A stretch of 64,000 nucleotides of DNA from Tubulanus polymorphus. Lineage: Eukaryota; Animalia; Nemertea. The notes beneath the pieces were generated by a model that saw nothing but the letters and a program-made list of their open reading frames with translations, was not told the origin of the DNA and made no database searches. Both the position numbers and the translations under genes were made by a program. The DNA lies in contig NC_134033.1 in the NCBI RefSeq assembly GCF_964204645.1, positions 1,074,131 through 1,138,130 on the forward strand, given 5' to 3'. Shown here piece after piece: positions 25,833-37,102 of this stretch (position 1 is the first letter of the stretch; each line of letters begins with the position of its first letter).

Positions 25833-26915
25833 CTATTTAGAATCACAAAAATAGTTTATCAGTAAAATCCTTTTAGCTTTTTGTCTAAAGGCGCCGTTTG
25901 TTGCGCAGTAAACGAAGAAATTTACGGATGAGTCTAAAACACTGAGCAGAATTCCTACTTTACGCATGACCATCATTTCACCCCCGGATAGACCGTGATG
26001 TAATCCAAACTTCATTGAGAAGTAACCTAGCAGACGGTCCAGCGATGCGGGAACTTCACAGATAAGAAATATAGTTACAATCGCAAGAACCATCTTTAAT
26101 ATTTTGAGTTCGGTAGATTTTTCACCGGGCGCCGCCGCGTCCGCGTGAAATTGTTTCTTTCGATTTAGTTTTCGAAATATCATAATTCCGAACAAAGATA
26201 GATTGATCACAATTAAAAAAATAAAAGGTACAAGAACAGTCATGAGAATATAGGAATCAGAGACATAGTCATTTGCTTGGATAAACGCATAAACAAATGG
26301 TGTTCGAATTGTTTTCGCTCCAAAAGCCCCCATTGTATATACATTTTTGAAACAACGTCGTGTGGGCCTCCCGGGTAAATGGGACGGAAAATAATACGGC
26401 CAGAAAGAAACGGCGGAAGAAAATATGTTTAAAACCGATATGAAAATGATTTGTTTTTTGTTCCAGAATCGTCTGAAATACAGCGGACTCGCGACTACCA
26501 GAAGTCTTTCAAAATTGATTATAACTACGGCCCAATTTTTTGCCATTTGAAACGTATGAAACAGTGGTAGAACCCAGATTATAATTTCGTGTCCAAAATA
26601 CCAGTCATCGTAACGGCCGAGAACAAATCGATTTTGTATATTGTAGATGATTAATATTCGAAGTGGATAAAGAAGAAACACTGAAATTACGAACAGTAAA
26701 TCAAACCAGGCGAGAATGATTATAGTTTGATAAGTGTCGCGACCGATCTTTGTGAATACTAGAATAGAAACAGAGTTTAGAAACATTCCGCAAACTGAAG
26801 CCGGCAAATATCCGTACAAGTAAATACTATAACTGAAAACGTGATTCCATCGTTTTGGTGGAAACCAGTCGATGCATCTTCTAAATGGAGTCGTCGAGAT
26901 TGTGGTAGAATTCAT
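25833..26915 (-). CDS. Intronless class A GPCR (FMRFamide/sex-peptide-receptor-like orphan), 360 aa
   Basis: 7TM, LAWFD, ERLLVVASP, FLICEVP (TM6), DSSVNFFVY, basic helix 8. Confidence 0.92.
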   Translation of the reverse strand: MNSTTISTTPFRRCIDWFPPKRWNHVFSYSIYLYGYLPASVCGMFLNSVSILVFTKIGRDTYQTIIILAWFDLLFVISVFLLYPLRILIIYNIQNRFVLGRYDDWYFGHEIIIWVLPLFHTFQMAKNWAVVIINFERLLVVASPLYFRRFWNKKQIIFISVLNIFSSAVSFWPYYFPSHLPGRPTRRCFKNVYTMGAFGAKTIRTPFVYAFIQANDYVSDSYILMTVLVPFIFLIVINLSLFGIMIFRKLNRKKQFHADAAAPGEKSTELKILKMVLAIVTIFLICEVPASLDRLLGYFSMKFGLHHGLSGGEMMVMRKVGILLSVLDSSVNFFVYCATNGAFRQKAKRILLINYFCDSK

Positions 26916-27558
26916 GTTGAAGCTCAGAGACCTGCGTAATCAGTGACTCTGCAGTAACACTAACCTCCTCTCTCCCTTCTGTCCCCCACCCTGTAATCAG
27001 TGACTTTGCAGTAGCACAAACCTCTCTCTGTGTCTTTCACTCACCCTATCATCAAATCTACTCTCAACGCAAGCTGTGAACTATCAATATTTTCATAGGA
27101 TTCATATATATAGCGCTGGATAATTCAGATTTAACAAAGATGAATCTCTATCACGTTGTACATAAGTCAAGTGAACGCTACGACTGTCACGACATCAGAC
27201 ACTTTTAGAACTGAGGAGATTAAACTTGCTACAAATCGGTACAGTCTCATACAGTACATATTGTATAATTAATGCACTTTCACCCGACAGAAAATAAAAA
27301 TTAAAAATGCCTCAAAACTGGATGACTTTAAGATAGGCCTAACTCTGGTGCGATATAGGAAAACTCGGAAGGCAAGGGGTCCAAAGGAGAACATTGGATA
27401 AAGCAATCCTGTCCAAATGTAAGAAACTTTTTGAAGAATATCTGAACAGAAAGGAATTATCAGAATTATCGAGAAATATAAAATGAGCTGGTTTTAACGA
27501 TAAACAGGAATGCAGAGATCTAGTTCCGCTAAAATAGATCCCCCCTAAACCCAACCCG

Positions 27559-28686
27559 CTACTGAATATTCATTCGGCGTTTAACTTCCGGCTTCCGGCG
27601 GCGGTTACAAAATATAAACGACAGGCGATTTCGAAACTTTTTTCTCGATGCGACGTAAACGATAAAATTTGCCGACGCTGAACACTTCCTCATCAGATCC
27701 TTGGCGCCGTTCATATACGGGCTTATAGCCAGCGAGGAGTATTTACCATATTTGTATGCTAGGAAATTATTGATCGTACCGGTCATAAGCAGGGAGCGTT
27801 TCAGCAAATAAATACAGCAAATAATCACTAAAGATATCGTCAAACTGCGGTCGTCTGTCGTTCGCCTTGAATGAGCCCCCGTTGACGTCATACGTTTGCT
27901 GGCGTTGCCGGTAGATTTTAAAATTTGAATAATGTTGACGGTTATTACGAGAACGACAGCTGGCGGGATTATGTGGAAGATCGGCCCGTATACGAACAAC
28001 ATGTAATAACGAAAGTAGACATTTTTACGAAGGGTCGTTAGTTTTATGGCCCATCTTTCGTGACCGGTGCACGGGTTAACAGACCGACGAACCCATTTTT
28101 GAAAGAACAACTGCACTGAAAATACGGCCGTCGATAAGGTTATGGCTACAGCATTGAAATAGGCACGTTTCATCGAAATTATCCCGCTAGCTTTCAGAGG
28201 CCACATTACTACGATAAGTCTATCCACGGCGATTACCACAATTAACAAATCTGCCAGCCCCGAAAAACAGAATCGAATTTGTTGCGTGTATGGATAAAGT
28301 CGTTTCATAAGGTGGTTGAATCGTAGGGTATGGTCGAGCAGTAACGTATGACTGTAAAGTTCATTTTGAAAGTCGAATAATAGATAAACCGCGCACAAAC
28401 CGGCGTCCAGAACGGCCAGATATTTCAGATAGAAAATACTCGTATTTTTGCATTTTCCTTCGCGTAGAATCGCGAAGGACAGAACGTTTGCGACGACGCC
28501 GAAAGCGGCGACGCTCGCGACGACCCAGTTCATAACCTGGTAGAACGTGTTCAAGTGAAACGGTTTGTAGTCGGAATGATGGATGAATTTGCATCTCGAA
28601 TGAGGTTTGAAGCCGTCGTTGTCTGTAGCTGTGGTTGCAGCGGTCACATTGAAGCCCACAGTTACGTTAATCAGATCGGCTGCCAT
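27559..28686 (-). CDS. Intronless class A GPCR (FMRFamide-receptor-like orphan), 375 aa
   Basis: ATG at 28686 (MAADLINVT...), ANVLS TM1, YLAVLD, DRLIVVMWP, SASANFIVY, KKFR helix 8. Confidence 0.9.
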   Translation of the reverse strand: MAADLINVTVGFNVTAATTATDNDGFKPHSRCKFIHHSDYKPFHLNTFYQVMNWVVASVAAFGVVANVLSFAILREGKCKNTSIFYLKYLAVLDAGLCAVYLLFDFQNELYSHTLLLDHTLRFNHLMKRLYPYTQQIRFCFSGLADLLIVVIAVDRLIVVMWPLKASGIISMKRAYFNAVAITLSTAVFSVQLFFQKWVRRSVNPCTGHERWAIKLTTLRKNVYFRYYMLFVYGPIFHIIPPAVVLVITVNIIQILKSTGNASKRMTSTGAHSRRTTDDRSLTISLVIICCIYLLKRSLLMTGTINNFLAYKYGKYSSLAISPYMNGAKDLMRKCSASANFIVYVASRKKFRNRLSFIFCNRRRKPEVKRRMNIQ

Positions 28687-29496
28687 CGAATACCTCGTGG
28701 GTCGTCGTCTTCTGAACAAATCTCAGCGCGAACCTAAGTGAAACTCGTTGTCGAAGTTGTGAACTTGTACACCCAGCACTGGCAGTGGTTGTCTCCACCA
28801 GTGATCTCCGTCGCTCTACGACCCTAGTGTAATCAATCTGTGGTTCATCAGACACTAAGATTCTTCGTGAACGAACTTGATTAATAAATGATGAAAATGA
28901 TGAATTAGATAATTAGTACTTTGAATTGGAAATGTATAAATCGGAACTCGGAGTTGATTTCGATCAGCAATGTCGTAACTTATCCAAATGATGATTTACT
29001 TAAATACGCTTAGTGAATTGCAGTGGAAATCATAATTGAGTCACGACTTTTCCGATGATGACTTAAATAATGACTGTATTCATTATAGTTATGATCAACG
29101 TATGGCTTACATACATCATCTCTGCTAACCGATACATACCATATTTTTACATTTGAATATTGACGACAAATGGATTCTCAGATCCGGAAAAACGATACAG
29201 CAGACGATAGCGAAAAGTATCGATGAAATATGTATAGAATATCGGATGAAATTCAGAGAAAATAATATGATTTTCTTTTTCGATATCGATGTCTTTCGAA
29301 TGCGTATAGCTATGCTATCTCAGTTGAAAGTTTGGTAAAGCAAAAAGCGATACGCAAAATGAGACGAGTGTTACGTTTTATATGATAACCCGTCCAACCA
29401 ACTGTGTGTAACAAGAGAACTACTTGACGCCTTTAAGTAAAACAACAAATTGCTTAATATTATCGACTTAATAGTATAAAGGATCAATAAGTTTAA

Positions 29497-30210
29497 ATTG
29501 AAAATGAACTACAAACACCAGTTATTAGACATTTTATCAACACACTTTTAAAAACTGATCGTCCACACTTCACATGTGTTCAGTGCTTCACCTGAGACAT
29601 TTTTAATTGAAAATGAACTACAAACACCAGATATTAGACATTTTATCAGCACACTTTCAAAAACTGATCGTCCACACTTCACATGTATTCAGTGCTTCAC
29701 CTGAGACATTTCTAATCGGAAATGAACTACAAACACCAGATATTAGACATTTTATCAGCACACTTTCATAAACTGATCGTCCACACTTCACATGTGTTCA
29801 GTGCTTCACCTGAGACATTTTTAATTGAAAATGAACTACAAACACCAGATATTAGACATTTTATCAGCACACTTTCAAAAACTGATCGTCCACACTTCAC
29901 ATGTATTCAGTGCTTCACCTGAGACATTTTTAATTGAAAATGAACTACAAACACCAGATATTAGACATTTTATCAGCACACTTTCAAAAACTGATCGTCC
30001 ACACTTCACATGTGTTCAGTGCTTCACCTGAGACATTTTTAATTGAAAATGAACTACAAACACCAGACATTAGACATTTTATCAGCACACTTTCAAAAAC
30101 TGATCGTCCACACTTCACATGTATTCAGTGCTTCACCTGAGACATTTCTAATCGGAAATGAACTACAAACATCAGATATTAGACATTTCATCGGCATACT
30201 TTCAAAAACT
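29497..30210. repeat. 109-bp satellite (~6.5 units)
   Basis: Near-identical 109-bp units. Confidence 0.95.
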
Positions 30211-30538
30211 TATGTCTGAAGTGGGTTTATACAAAAATAACAAAGATCGACGATGAAATCTTGCGTATGAGAACTGAGTTTATTGAATGCCTAATTAGCA
30301 TAAATTAATTTCCTTATTAACATAATTATTGCAGATATATTTTGCCAAATGATAGATCACATATAGACTTGATATGTAGATTATATATAGACTTAATATG
30401 TAGATTACATGAACTTAATGTAGATTACATATACTTAATGTTATCTAATAGATCCGCCAGGTGCGACTAGAGAATTTGTTTAAAAAGCCTAAAAGCGAAT
30501 TAAAGTTTATGTATCACTAAAACTCATCACGATATTTT

Positions 30539-31878
30539 TTAACCAACCAAAAACTGCCACGCGCCGAGAATAACTCCGACAAACATCATCAAATTCATCC
30601 CGCAGATGGCAGTACTGTTACAATAGTTGAAATCGTCGCAGCATTCAACAAAGAATGTTTTTCGACCGCCGTCAAACACACGTTTTTCTTGACAATTCTC
30701 CACAGTGTCAGGCATACAACCTCGAAGGAAGGATTTCTTTTTGTCGCTTCGATCATCACATACGTTCTAAAGATAGGAAGACATTCAATTTACCTACATT
30801 AAAGATTACTTGCAAAATCCGTGGGCGTCCGCGAGGTCGGCTGTGATGCAAACGAACGACCACCTTTTTGAAATATTGAAAAATCTTATATTTTCCTTCT
30901 CCATATATTGGACAATCTTTTCTACTACTACGACGACAATTTAGAAAGAATAGTACATTTTAGAGCAGTACAACCAGCTTTAAACCTCTGCAAAACAAGT
31001 TTAAGGGATCCAGTTGATTTACCCTTTCAAAGAGAAAGTTAATGTTTTTACCGTTTTTACTGTTAGACCGACCAAATTCTGATTCATGGTGAATTTCAAT
31101 CCGTCCATATTGTAGATTGTAAATAATTATCCGGTTATTGGGGGGGGGGGGTCGGAAAAAAACACGACCAGGAAAATCATTTGTGGCATTTTTACCGGTG
31201 GCATTATCCCTACAATCGAATTTGTTATGATTCGAAGCTACAACGTTACGGCTGTTGATAAACAGCCATCACCAGGAATGGCCGGAATGACCAGAAACGA
31301 AAGTAACAAAGCGCATAAACTCGCAGGATGAAAACAAACGCTTTGCGTCAGAACTAATAGATAATTAACAAAACAAGCAATAAAATCAACAAGCGTTACC
31401 GTGGAAACCACAGAAATTCAGTGGATTTGAGACGACAAAGTGACACTTTAAAGTGACATTAATCAAAAATTAGGTTTGTGGTTTCGTCATAAAACAAATT
31501 AAAATGCGAATTAGGAGGGACTTCTTCATTTATCTAATAAACTTACTACACAGGTATGGTTGCTGGGACATCTGGTGCCGTGTACGTGTTCCTTGTAGAA
31601 CTGGAGCTTAGAGTCTGACAGTTTGATACCATTAGCACCGGCACTTTCATATATAGAACGTTCACAGTACTCGGTGTTATACTCTTCCCAGTCGACTATT
31701 CCAACTGAAAAATAAGTAATTAAAATGCTTACAGTTTGAATGGGGTAATTACAAATTATCTATATATCCATAAGATTACCATCTTTGGCGAAGGTTTTCA
31801 TCAAATATAATACTGCCAAATTCCGCTCTTTGGAATTGTACCAGCAGGTGGCGCACGTCAGATCGGAAAGAGCTGTCA
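30539..31878 (-). CDS. Ly6/uPAR three-finger (quiver/sleepless-like) GPI-anchor-type protein; first (signal) exon not located
   Basis: Exons 31878-31780, 31704-31547, 30766-30539 (GT-AG, in phase) give ..TALSDLTCATCWYNS...YCERS...RCPSNHTCVNVC...FLRGCMPDTVENC...VECCDDFNYCN STAICGMNLMMFVGVILGAWQFLVG*. Shows LxCxxC, RGC, CCxxxxxCN and a hydrophobic C-terminal tail. Confidence 0.8.
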
Positions 31879-31941
31879 CTGAAATTGAAAGAAATGAAAT
31901 TATAGTGTCTAACTCTGAATAGGGTAATCAAATTTACAATC

Positions 31942-32227
31942 CAGGGGCAGATTTAGACCGTCTCGACCCCCCGAATTTTAAAGTGCCTTTTTATTTTTCT
32001 CTGTATCAAAATTTGCCGTTGTAACCACCTGAGATACACAATAGATATTTTTCCTAAATATACAACCTATGTTTCTTGACTAAATGCCTCTCAGAGATGC
32101 TCAGAAAGCTCTAAAATGATAGTAAGATTTCAAAAACTTTGCTGATATGCCTTTCCGCCCTAAATTAAGAATATATACCCTTTTTATTGGTCGACATGGT
32201 CACAACATGCCCCTGGATCCGCCCCTG
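31942..32227. mobile_element. MITE, CAGGGGCGGATC-type termini
   Basis: caggggcagattta...ggatccgcccctg; related fragments at ~5900-6027 and ~35800-35860. Confidence 0.6.
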
Positions 32228-32688
32228 TAATCGATAGTAGTGTAAAAACATATGGATGAAACAGGTTGATATGAGAGACACGAAACTCAGCTCAGAGATT
32301 CACCGAGATTCACTCAAGTGATCATGAAATATTCAAAGTTTTTATACGTTACAACGTTTTCTATCTATATTTCAAGTATCATAACGTTTTAGTCCCTCGA
32401 TCAAACAGAAAATATGTACAACTGATATATATTATGATTTCTAGTCGATATAAGTTCGAACCACGAACTATCGCCTGCACCATGTGCAATGCAACTGCAA
32501 GCGGCTAGGGTAGTGCGGCCCGTGTAGGCTAGAAAGTGGTTATTGACACCGAGTGAGGTCCCTGTTAGTCTAGTACCTAGCCGTCGTTCCCTAAACAACC
32601 CAGAACTCGTAGTAACAACGACTGACTGATTCAGACTAAATTTGAGTAGGTCCCGGCCTCACTAGTCACTGACAGTGACTGTCGAAGT

Positions 32689-33845
32689 CACAGGGGCTCG
32701 TCACGATAGCTGGGGGTCCAAAATCAAAGATTTGACCCAGTATCCTAGGTACCACCTATAAAAAAAGAAAAGGGAGCTAACATTTTGACATACAAGAATT
32801 GACCTTCTCATTTCAACCCCTCATAACTTCGTAACCGATCGACCGATTTACACGAAATTAGATTCGTTTCATTCCCAAGAGGTGACTTTTTCGTTTGAGA
32901 CCTTCCCCGATGAAATCGGACCGGAGACGCCCGAGAAATCACGACTCAAATCCGAAAAAACGGGTCAAAATATCCAAAGCCGGAATTACTAGGACGGCTT
33001 GAAGTGCTCAATTTCCGACGAAAAACGATGATTTGACGCGGTTCCCGGACGTTAATCGCCACATATCATACATCGCTGGAAAGCTTATGAACTGACCTTA
33101 TTGACAGACGCGTTTATTTGATAATCCGTTCCGATACCCGCGACTGGCGAGCTGATAATCCAGATTGATGCGATAAATACGATTTCCAAGTGTATTCCGG
33201 CCGCCATTAACTGCGTGACGTCATGAGAAATCCCAGCATGCAACGCTAGATAATTGACATATTCAGTCGACCAATCACGTATCGCGAATTTATCAGTCCT
33301 CAGAGCCCGTGACGTCACACCCTCAATGGCGGTTCAGTTGACGCTTAAAGTGCGTATTTATCGGTTCGGTGCGTATTTTCACCTCGCTTGTCGCCGGTTT
33401 CGGAACGGATTATCAAATAAACGCATTTTTCAATAAGGTCAGTTCATAAGCTTTCCAGCGATGTATGATATGTGAAGATTAACGTCCGGGAACCGCGTCA
33501 ACTCATCGTTTTTCGTCGGGAATCGACTACTCCGAGACGTCCTAGTAATTCCGGCTTTGGCTATTTTGACTCGTTTTTTCGGATTTGAGTCGTGATTTCT
33601 CGGGTGTCTCTTATCCGATTTTGTCGCGGAAGGTCTCAAACGAAAAAGTAACCTCTTAGGAATGAAACGAAACCAATTTCGAGCGAATCGGTCGATGGGT
33701 TACGAAGTTATGAGCGATTGAAATGAGAAGGTCAATTCTAGTATGTCAAAATGTTAGCTCCCTTTTCTTTTTTTATAGGTGGTACCTAGGATACTGGGTC
33801 AAATCTTTGATTTTGGACTCCCAGCTATCGTGACGAGCCCCTGTG
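32689..33845. mobile_element. Non-autonomous palindromic DNA transposon with 8-bp TSD (P-element-like)
   Basis: GTCGAAGT|CACAGGGGCTCG...CGAGCCCCTGTG|GTCGAAGT; inverted arms >440 bp; no transposase ORF. Confidence 0.88.
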
Positions 33846-35058
33846 GTCGAAGTGTCTGCGAAGTCACTGGGTCTGGAGTGAGTGAGGTCCCCCTAAAGTG
33901 TGTGTACCTGAGGACATGAAAATAAAATATCATGAATGAATTCTTATCTTTTTTACCAATATCAAAATTCGTACATTTAGAATCACCGCGGCTTTAAAGT
34001 CTTTATCAATTGAAGGAATAGTTCACTGTGAATAAAGAATTAGCGATTGAATTGAGCCCGCTCCACAGTAAAAATAGTGCGATCTAATCTTGGCCATCTA
34101 GTGCTGCCCCTTTGTATAACGATAGCGTGGAAAACGTGAACTAACATAATACTCGCTTGCCAGAGTCTTCGAACGGCAGGAGTGGACGAACTAATTACCG
34201 ATTTGCGGGCCGGATTCCGAGGAAAATTCTCAAACTCTGAAAACTGCTCTGAAACGTTCGAACCAAACAATTTTTCTATAAAGGAATGAGCCTTAAAAGA
34301 GTTAATTTGAATCGGGGTATTTCTAGTATGGTCGGTGAGAGAGCGATAGGTGTTTGTATGTTCCCTGTTTATTTGCGCGCAAATAGACTTTATCATAGAA
34401 AAAATATGGACATTTTGTCAATTCTGATGATAAATTATCATTAAAAAATGAAAATGAATAATTTATTCAGTATACAAATACTATATTAATTGATAAGTAA
34501 GTGAATTTTAGCTAAAAAGAATTAAATATGTTACCTAAAAAATAAGGAAATATCATACAAAATTCAGAAAGTATTCATAGTATCATATTTAATCAGAATT
34601 AGACGACACACTGGTCCGTATTGTACGTAATAAGGACATTTAAATTCCGGCGGTAAATATGCGCTATTTTAGTTCGCAGAAATTCCGCTATCGTTATTCA
34701 TAGGGGCAGCACTGTACGGTAAATATCTAACTCAGCCTCGCGATCTTACTGTGGCATGCGAGCAATACAGATATTTTTCTTAGCCGAATTTCGTTGATTA
34801 TCTAATACGATTCCATTGTATATGAATAATTCTACTCACCCCGGAATAATTCTTCTCACCCCGGAAACATGGCTTCACAAAGAATTCTAAATCTATAGAA
34901 GTCTTAAGCCTGATATTTGCGGAGCACAGAAGGAAAGAATGCAATTCAATTTCAGTTGTAACGAGTTTATTCAAGTTCGATTAGTTTTTGTCTTGCAAAA
35001 AGAAATTTCAATTTCAGTTTTAATCAATTATATCAAAGCTAAAAAAAACTATTTCTAT

Positions 35059-35132
35059 TCTATTTAGAATCACACAGATAATATATCAGTAAAATGCATG
35101 TGCTTAAGGCGCCGTTTGCTGCGCAGTAAACG
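35059..35132 (-). pseudogene. Relic of the C-terminus of the duplicated GPCR family
   Basis: tctatttagaatcacacagataatatatcagtaaaa...aaggcgccgtttgctgcgcagtaaac matches 37102-37183 with an internal deletion. Confidence 0.7.
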
Positions 35133-36366
35133 GCGGTGTCTATTAAGAAGGATATTTCTGAGTTCTAACAGTCAAGCCTCAGGGGATTGTTACCCCTAAA
35201 GTGTAAGAAACTTTTTGAAGAAAGTCTGAACGAAAATCTGAAATTGAAAAGATGAGTGTACAATGTGCAGACGAAGATTTAACAAAATGGAATGGAAGGG
35301 ATCCGAGATCATCCCAAAAAACCCCTTAGACACATCCCGCTCTTGCAACCAGCTAAACCAACCCCTTTATTTAAAATGGGCGGATGTTCTAGGGAGTAGC
35401 AACCAAATAAATATTGGTCAGACATATAATATTAATAAATCATAGCCTAAGCGGATCGTGCATCATGCATGAACGAACCGGGAGAAAGTGCGAGAGGGTT
35501 CGGCAGCCCCTCTTTTGCGCAGTAGAAACCAGTGAAAATATAATTTGGTGCATTCTGAGGCAGTTTTCAGACCTGCAAATACGAACCACTTGGGTAATTT
35601 TAAGTCATAAGTCGGACCAACCGCACCGGTAGCTACGCCGCTGGCTAGGATTTTCCATGGAACACCGCGTACCCCCCCCCCCCCCTCCGGTACTCCGGAT
35701 ACTTCTACGCCATTTTAGGGGGTGCTTTCGGTCATTTCATGCGTTGAAAAAATTATAGGTGGAAAACCTTGGTCCAAAAAATTTTGGGGTGACAGTTTTG
35801 AGGGAACTTAAAATTTGAGGGGGTTCCGGACACCCTGACACCCCCTAGATCCGCCCCTGCTTTTTATCATTCACAGTGGGGAACTTGGTCCACGGGCGGA
35901 TCCAAGCTATATTCCAGAATATAGTCAGAAAAATGTGAATGACATATTTTCTAGAAGTATCTTATCTAACTGGTCCAGAATGCCTTTAAATACAAGGAAA
36001 AAGTCATATAAGACATTTTTCCTGGGAGGAACCCGTGTGTTACTGTGGCAATAGAGGATTCCACTTGTGGCAAGTTAGGTTCCACCAGGTGTCATCACAT
36101 GCTACGCCTATGGAGGATTCCACCTGCATGGGCAGGCGACAACCTATATTACCGTCTACATCATCTAAGTGAGTTTCAGTGAGACATGTGATGTCATTAT
36201 TGCTAATAAATTCACTAAATTCTGGGATATCGAGTTTAGCTACATAGGCCACATGCATTCAGCGTAGAAAACTTTAATGATGATTTGATACAAGGCATTT
36301 CACTTATGAGGAGAGAATCCCACAATGATAATAAAAAGTCCGAAAATGAAACTTCGAGATAGTAGT

Positions 36367-36412
36367 TTATTCAACGTTTCGACTATATCCTAATAGTCAT
36401 CTTCAGGAATAA
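36367..36412 (-). ncRNA. Minimal type I hammerhead ribozyme motif, antisense copy
   Basis: Exact reverse complement of copy 1. Confidence 0.68.
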
Positions 36413-36423
36413 TGAGTGTGGCA

Positions 36424-36469
36424 TTATTCCTGAAGATGACTATTAGGATATAGTCGAAACGTTGAATAA
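36424..36469 (+). ncRNA. Minimal type I hammerhead ribozyme motif, copy 1
   Basis: Stem I UUAUUC/GAAUAA; core CUGAAGA(U); stem II GACUAU/AUAGUC; GAAA; palindromic stem III ACGU; GUU triplet. Confidence 0.72.
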
Positions 36470-36493
36470 ACTACACTAGCTCAAGGAATACAG

Positions 36494-36537
36494 TATTCCT
36501 GAAGATGACTATTAGGATATAGTCGAAACGTTGAATA
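36494..36537 (+). ncRNA. Minimal type I hammerhead ribozyme motif, copy 2
   Basis: Identical core 69 nt downstream of copy 1. Confidence 0.72.
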
Positions 36538-36889
36538 AACTACTATCTCGAAGTTTCATTTTCGGACTTTTAATTATCATTGTGGGATTCTCTCCTCATC
36601 GCGTCAACACGGATATTGTGTTTTACCTATCGTGATTTCACTTATGTTCGCTGCGTTTTCTACATTTTGCTTATTTAAATCAGAAATGACTATGTTAGGA
36701 GTTACATCAGGTACATGATTGTTACTATTTACATCAGGGTATGTATCTACCGTATGAGAATTTACACGCGAGCCAACGATATTTCTATTTACAGTTGGAT
36801 TACTGTCACATAAATTTACACTATTTATACTCGAAACATCAGCGCCCCTGGCGGTGAGTTTTAACACTCACCGTAATCGGACTATTTTG

Positions 36890-36925
36890 TTATTCATTTT
36901 CAGCGGTAACCACGTGAACCTATGA
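36890..36925 (+). pseudogene. Orphan duplicated last exon of the CAP gene
   Basis: ttcattttcag|C GGT AAC CAC GTG AAC CTA TGA; homologous to 25615-25656 within the duplicated block. Confidence 0.6.
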
Positions 36926-37102
36926 ATACCACGTGATGTATCCCTACGCGGGCCGTGTGAAATTTCACGCAATTTTCTAAATAGGAAATATTAAAAGGTT
37001 TCGTTCATGAAAGTTGAAAGTTGTTTTTGTGTTAGTTTTTATCATTCATAATCTGATGTTTTGTTCTGATTCTTATGAAATAAAAGGAATTGTTTTTCTG
37101 TT

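Larger units (their letters stand above)
36306..36599. mobile_element. Penelope-like element terminal repeat relic (inverted + direct copies)
   Basis: ~105-bp near-perfect inverted repeat plus an extra direct partial copy, each with CTGAAGA-stem-GAAACGTT. Confidence 0.72.
36150..36830 (-). mobile_element. Degenerate non-LTR retrotransposon (LINE) fragment with APE-endonuclease N-terminus, interrupted by an insertion
   Basis: After one frameshift the minus strand reads LKFSTLNACGLCS-KLDIPEFSEFISNNDITCLTETHLDD (N.xGL and DIxxLxET APE motifs); an open low-complexity frame continues at 36604-36830. Confidence 0.65.

Noticed and set aside
28687-28719. N-terminal extensions of GPCR ORFs in the track (also 38195-38290)
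   Set aside because: Track ORFs begin at TTG. The ATG starts used here give glycosylated N-termini, and 38194 matches the paralog's start, although an in-frame upstream ATG exists near 38287.
29497-30210. CRISPR-like regular array
   Set aside because: Whole units repeat with no unique spacers; eukaryotic context; no cas genes.
30793-30883. Extra exon within the Ly6 gene
   Set aside because: Weak acceptor, and it would need a ~43-nt intron; direct 31547-30766 splicing is already in frame.
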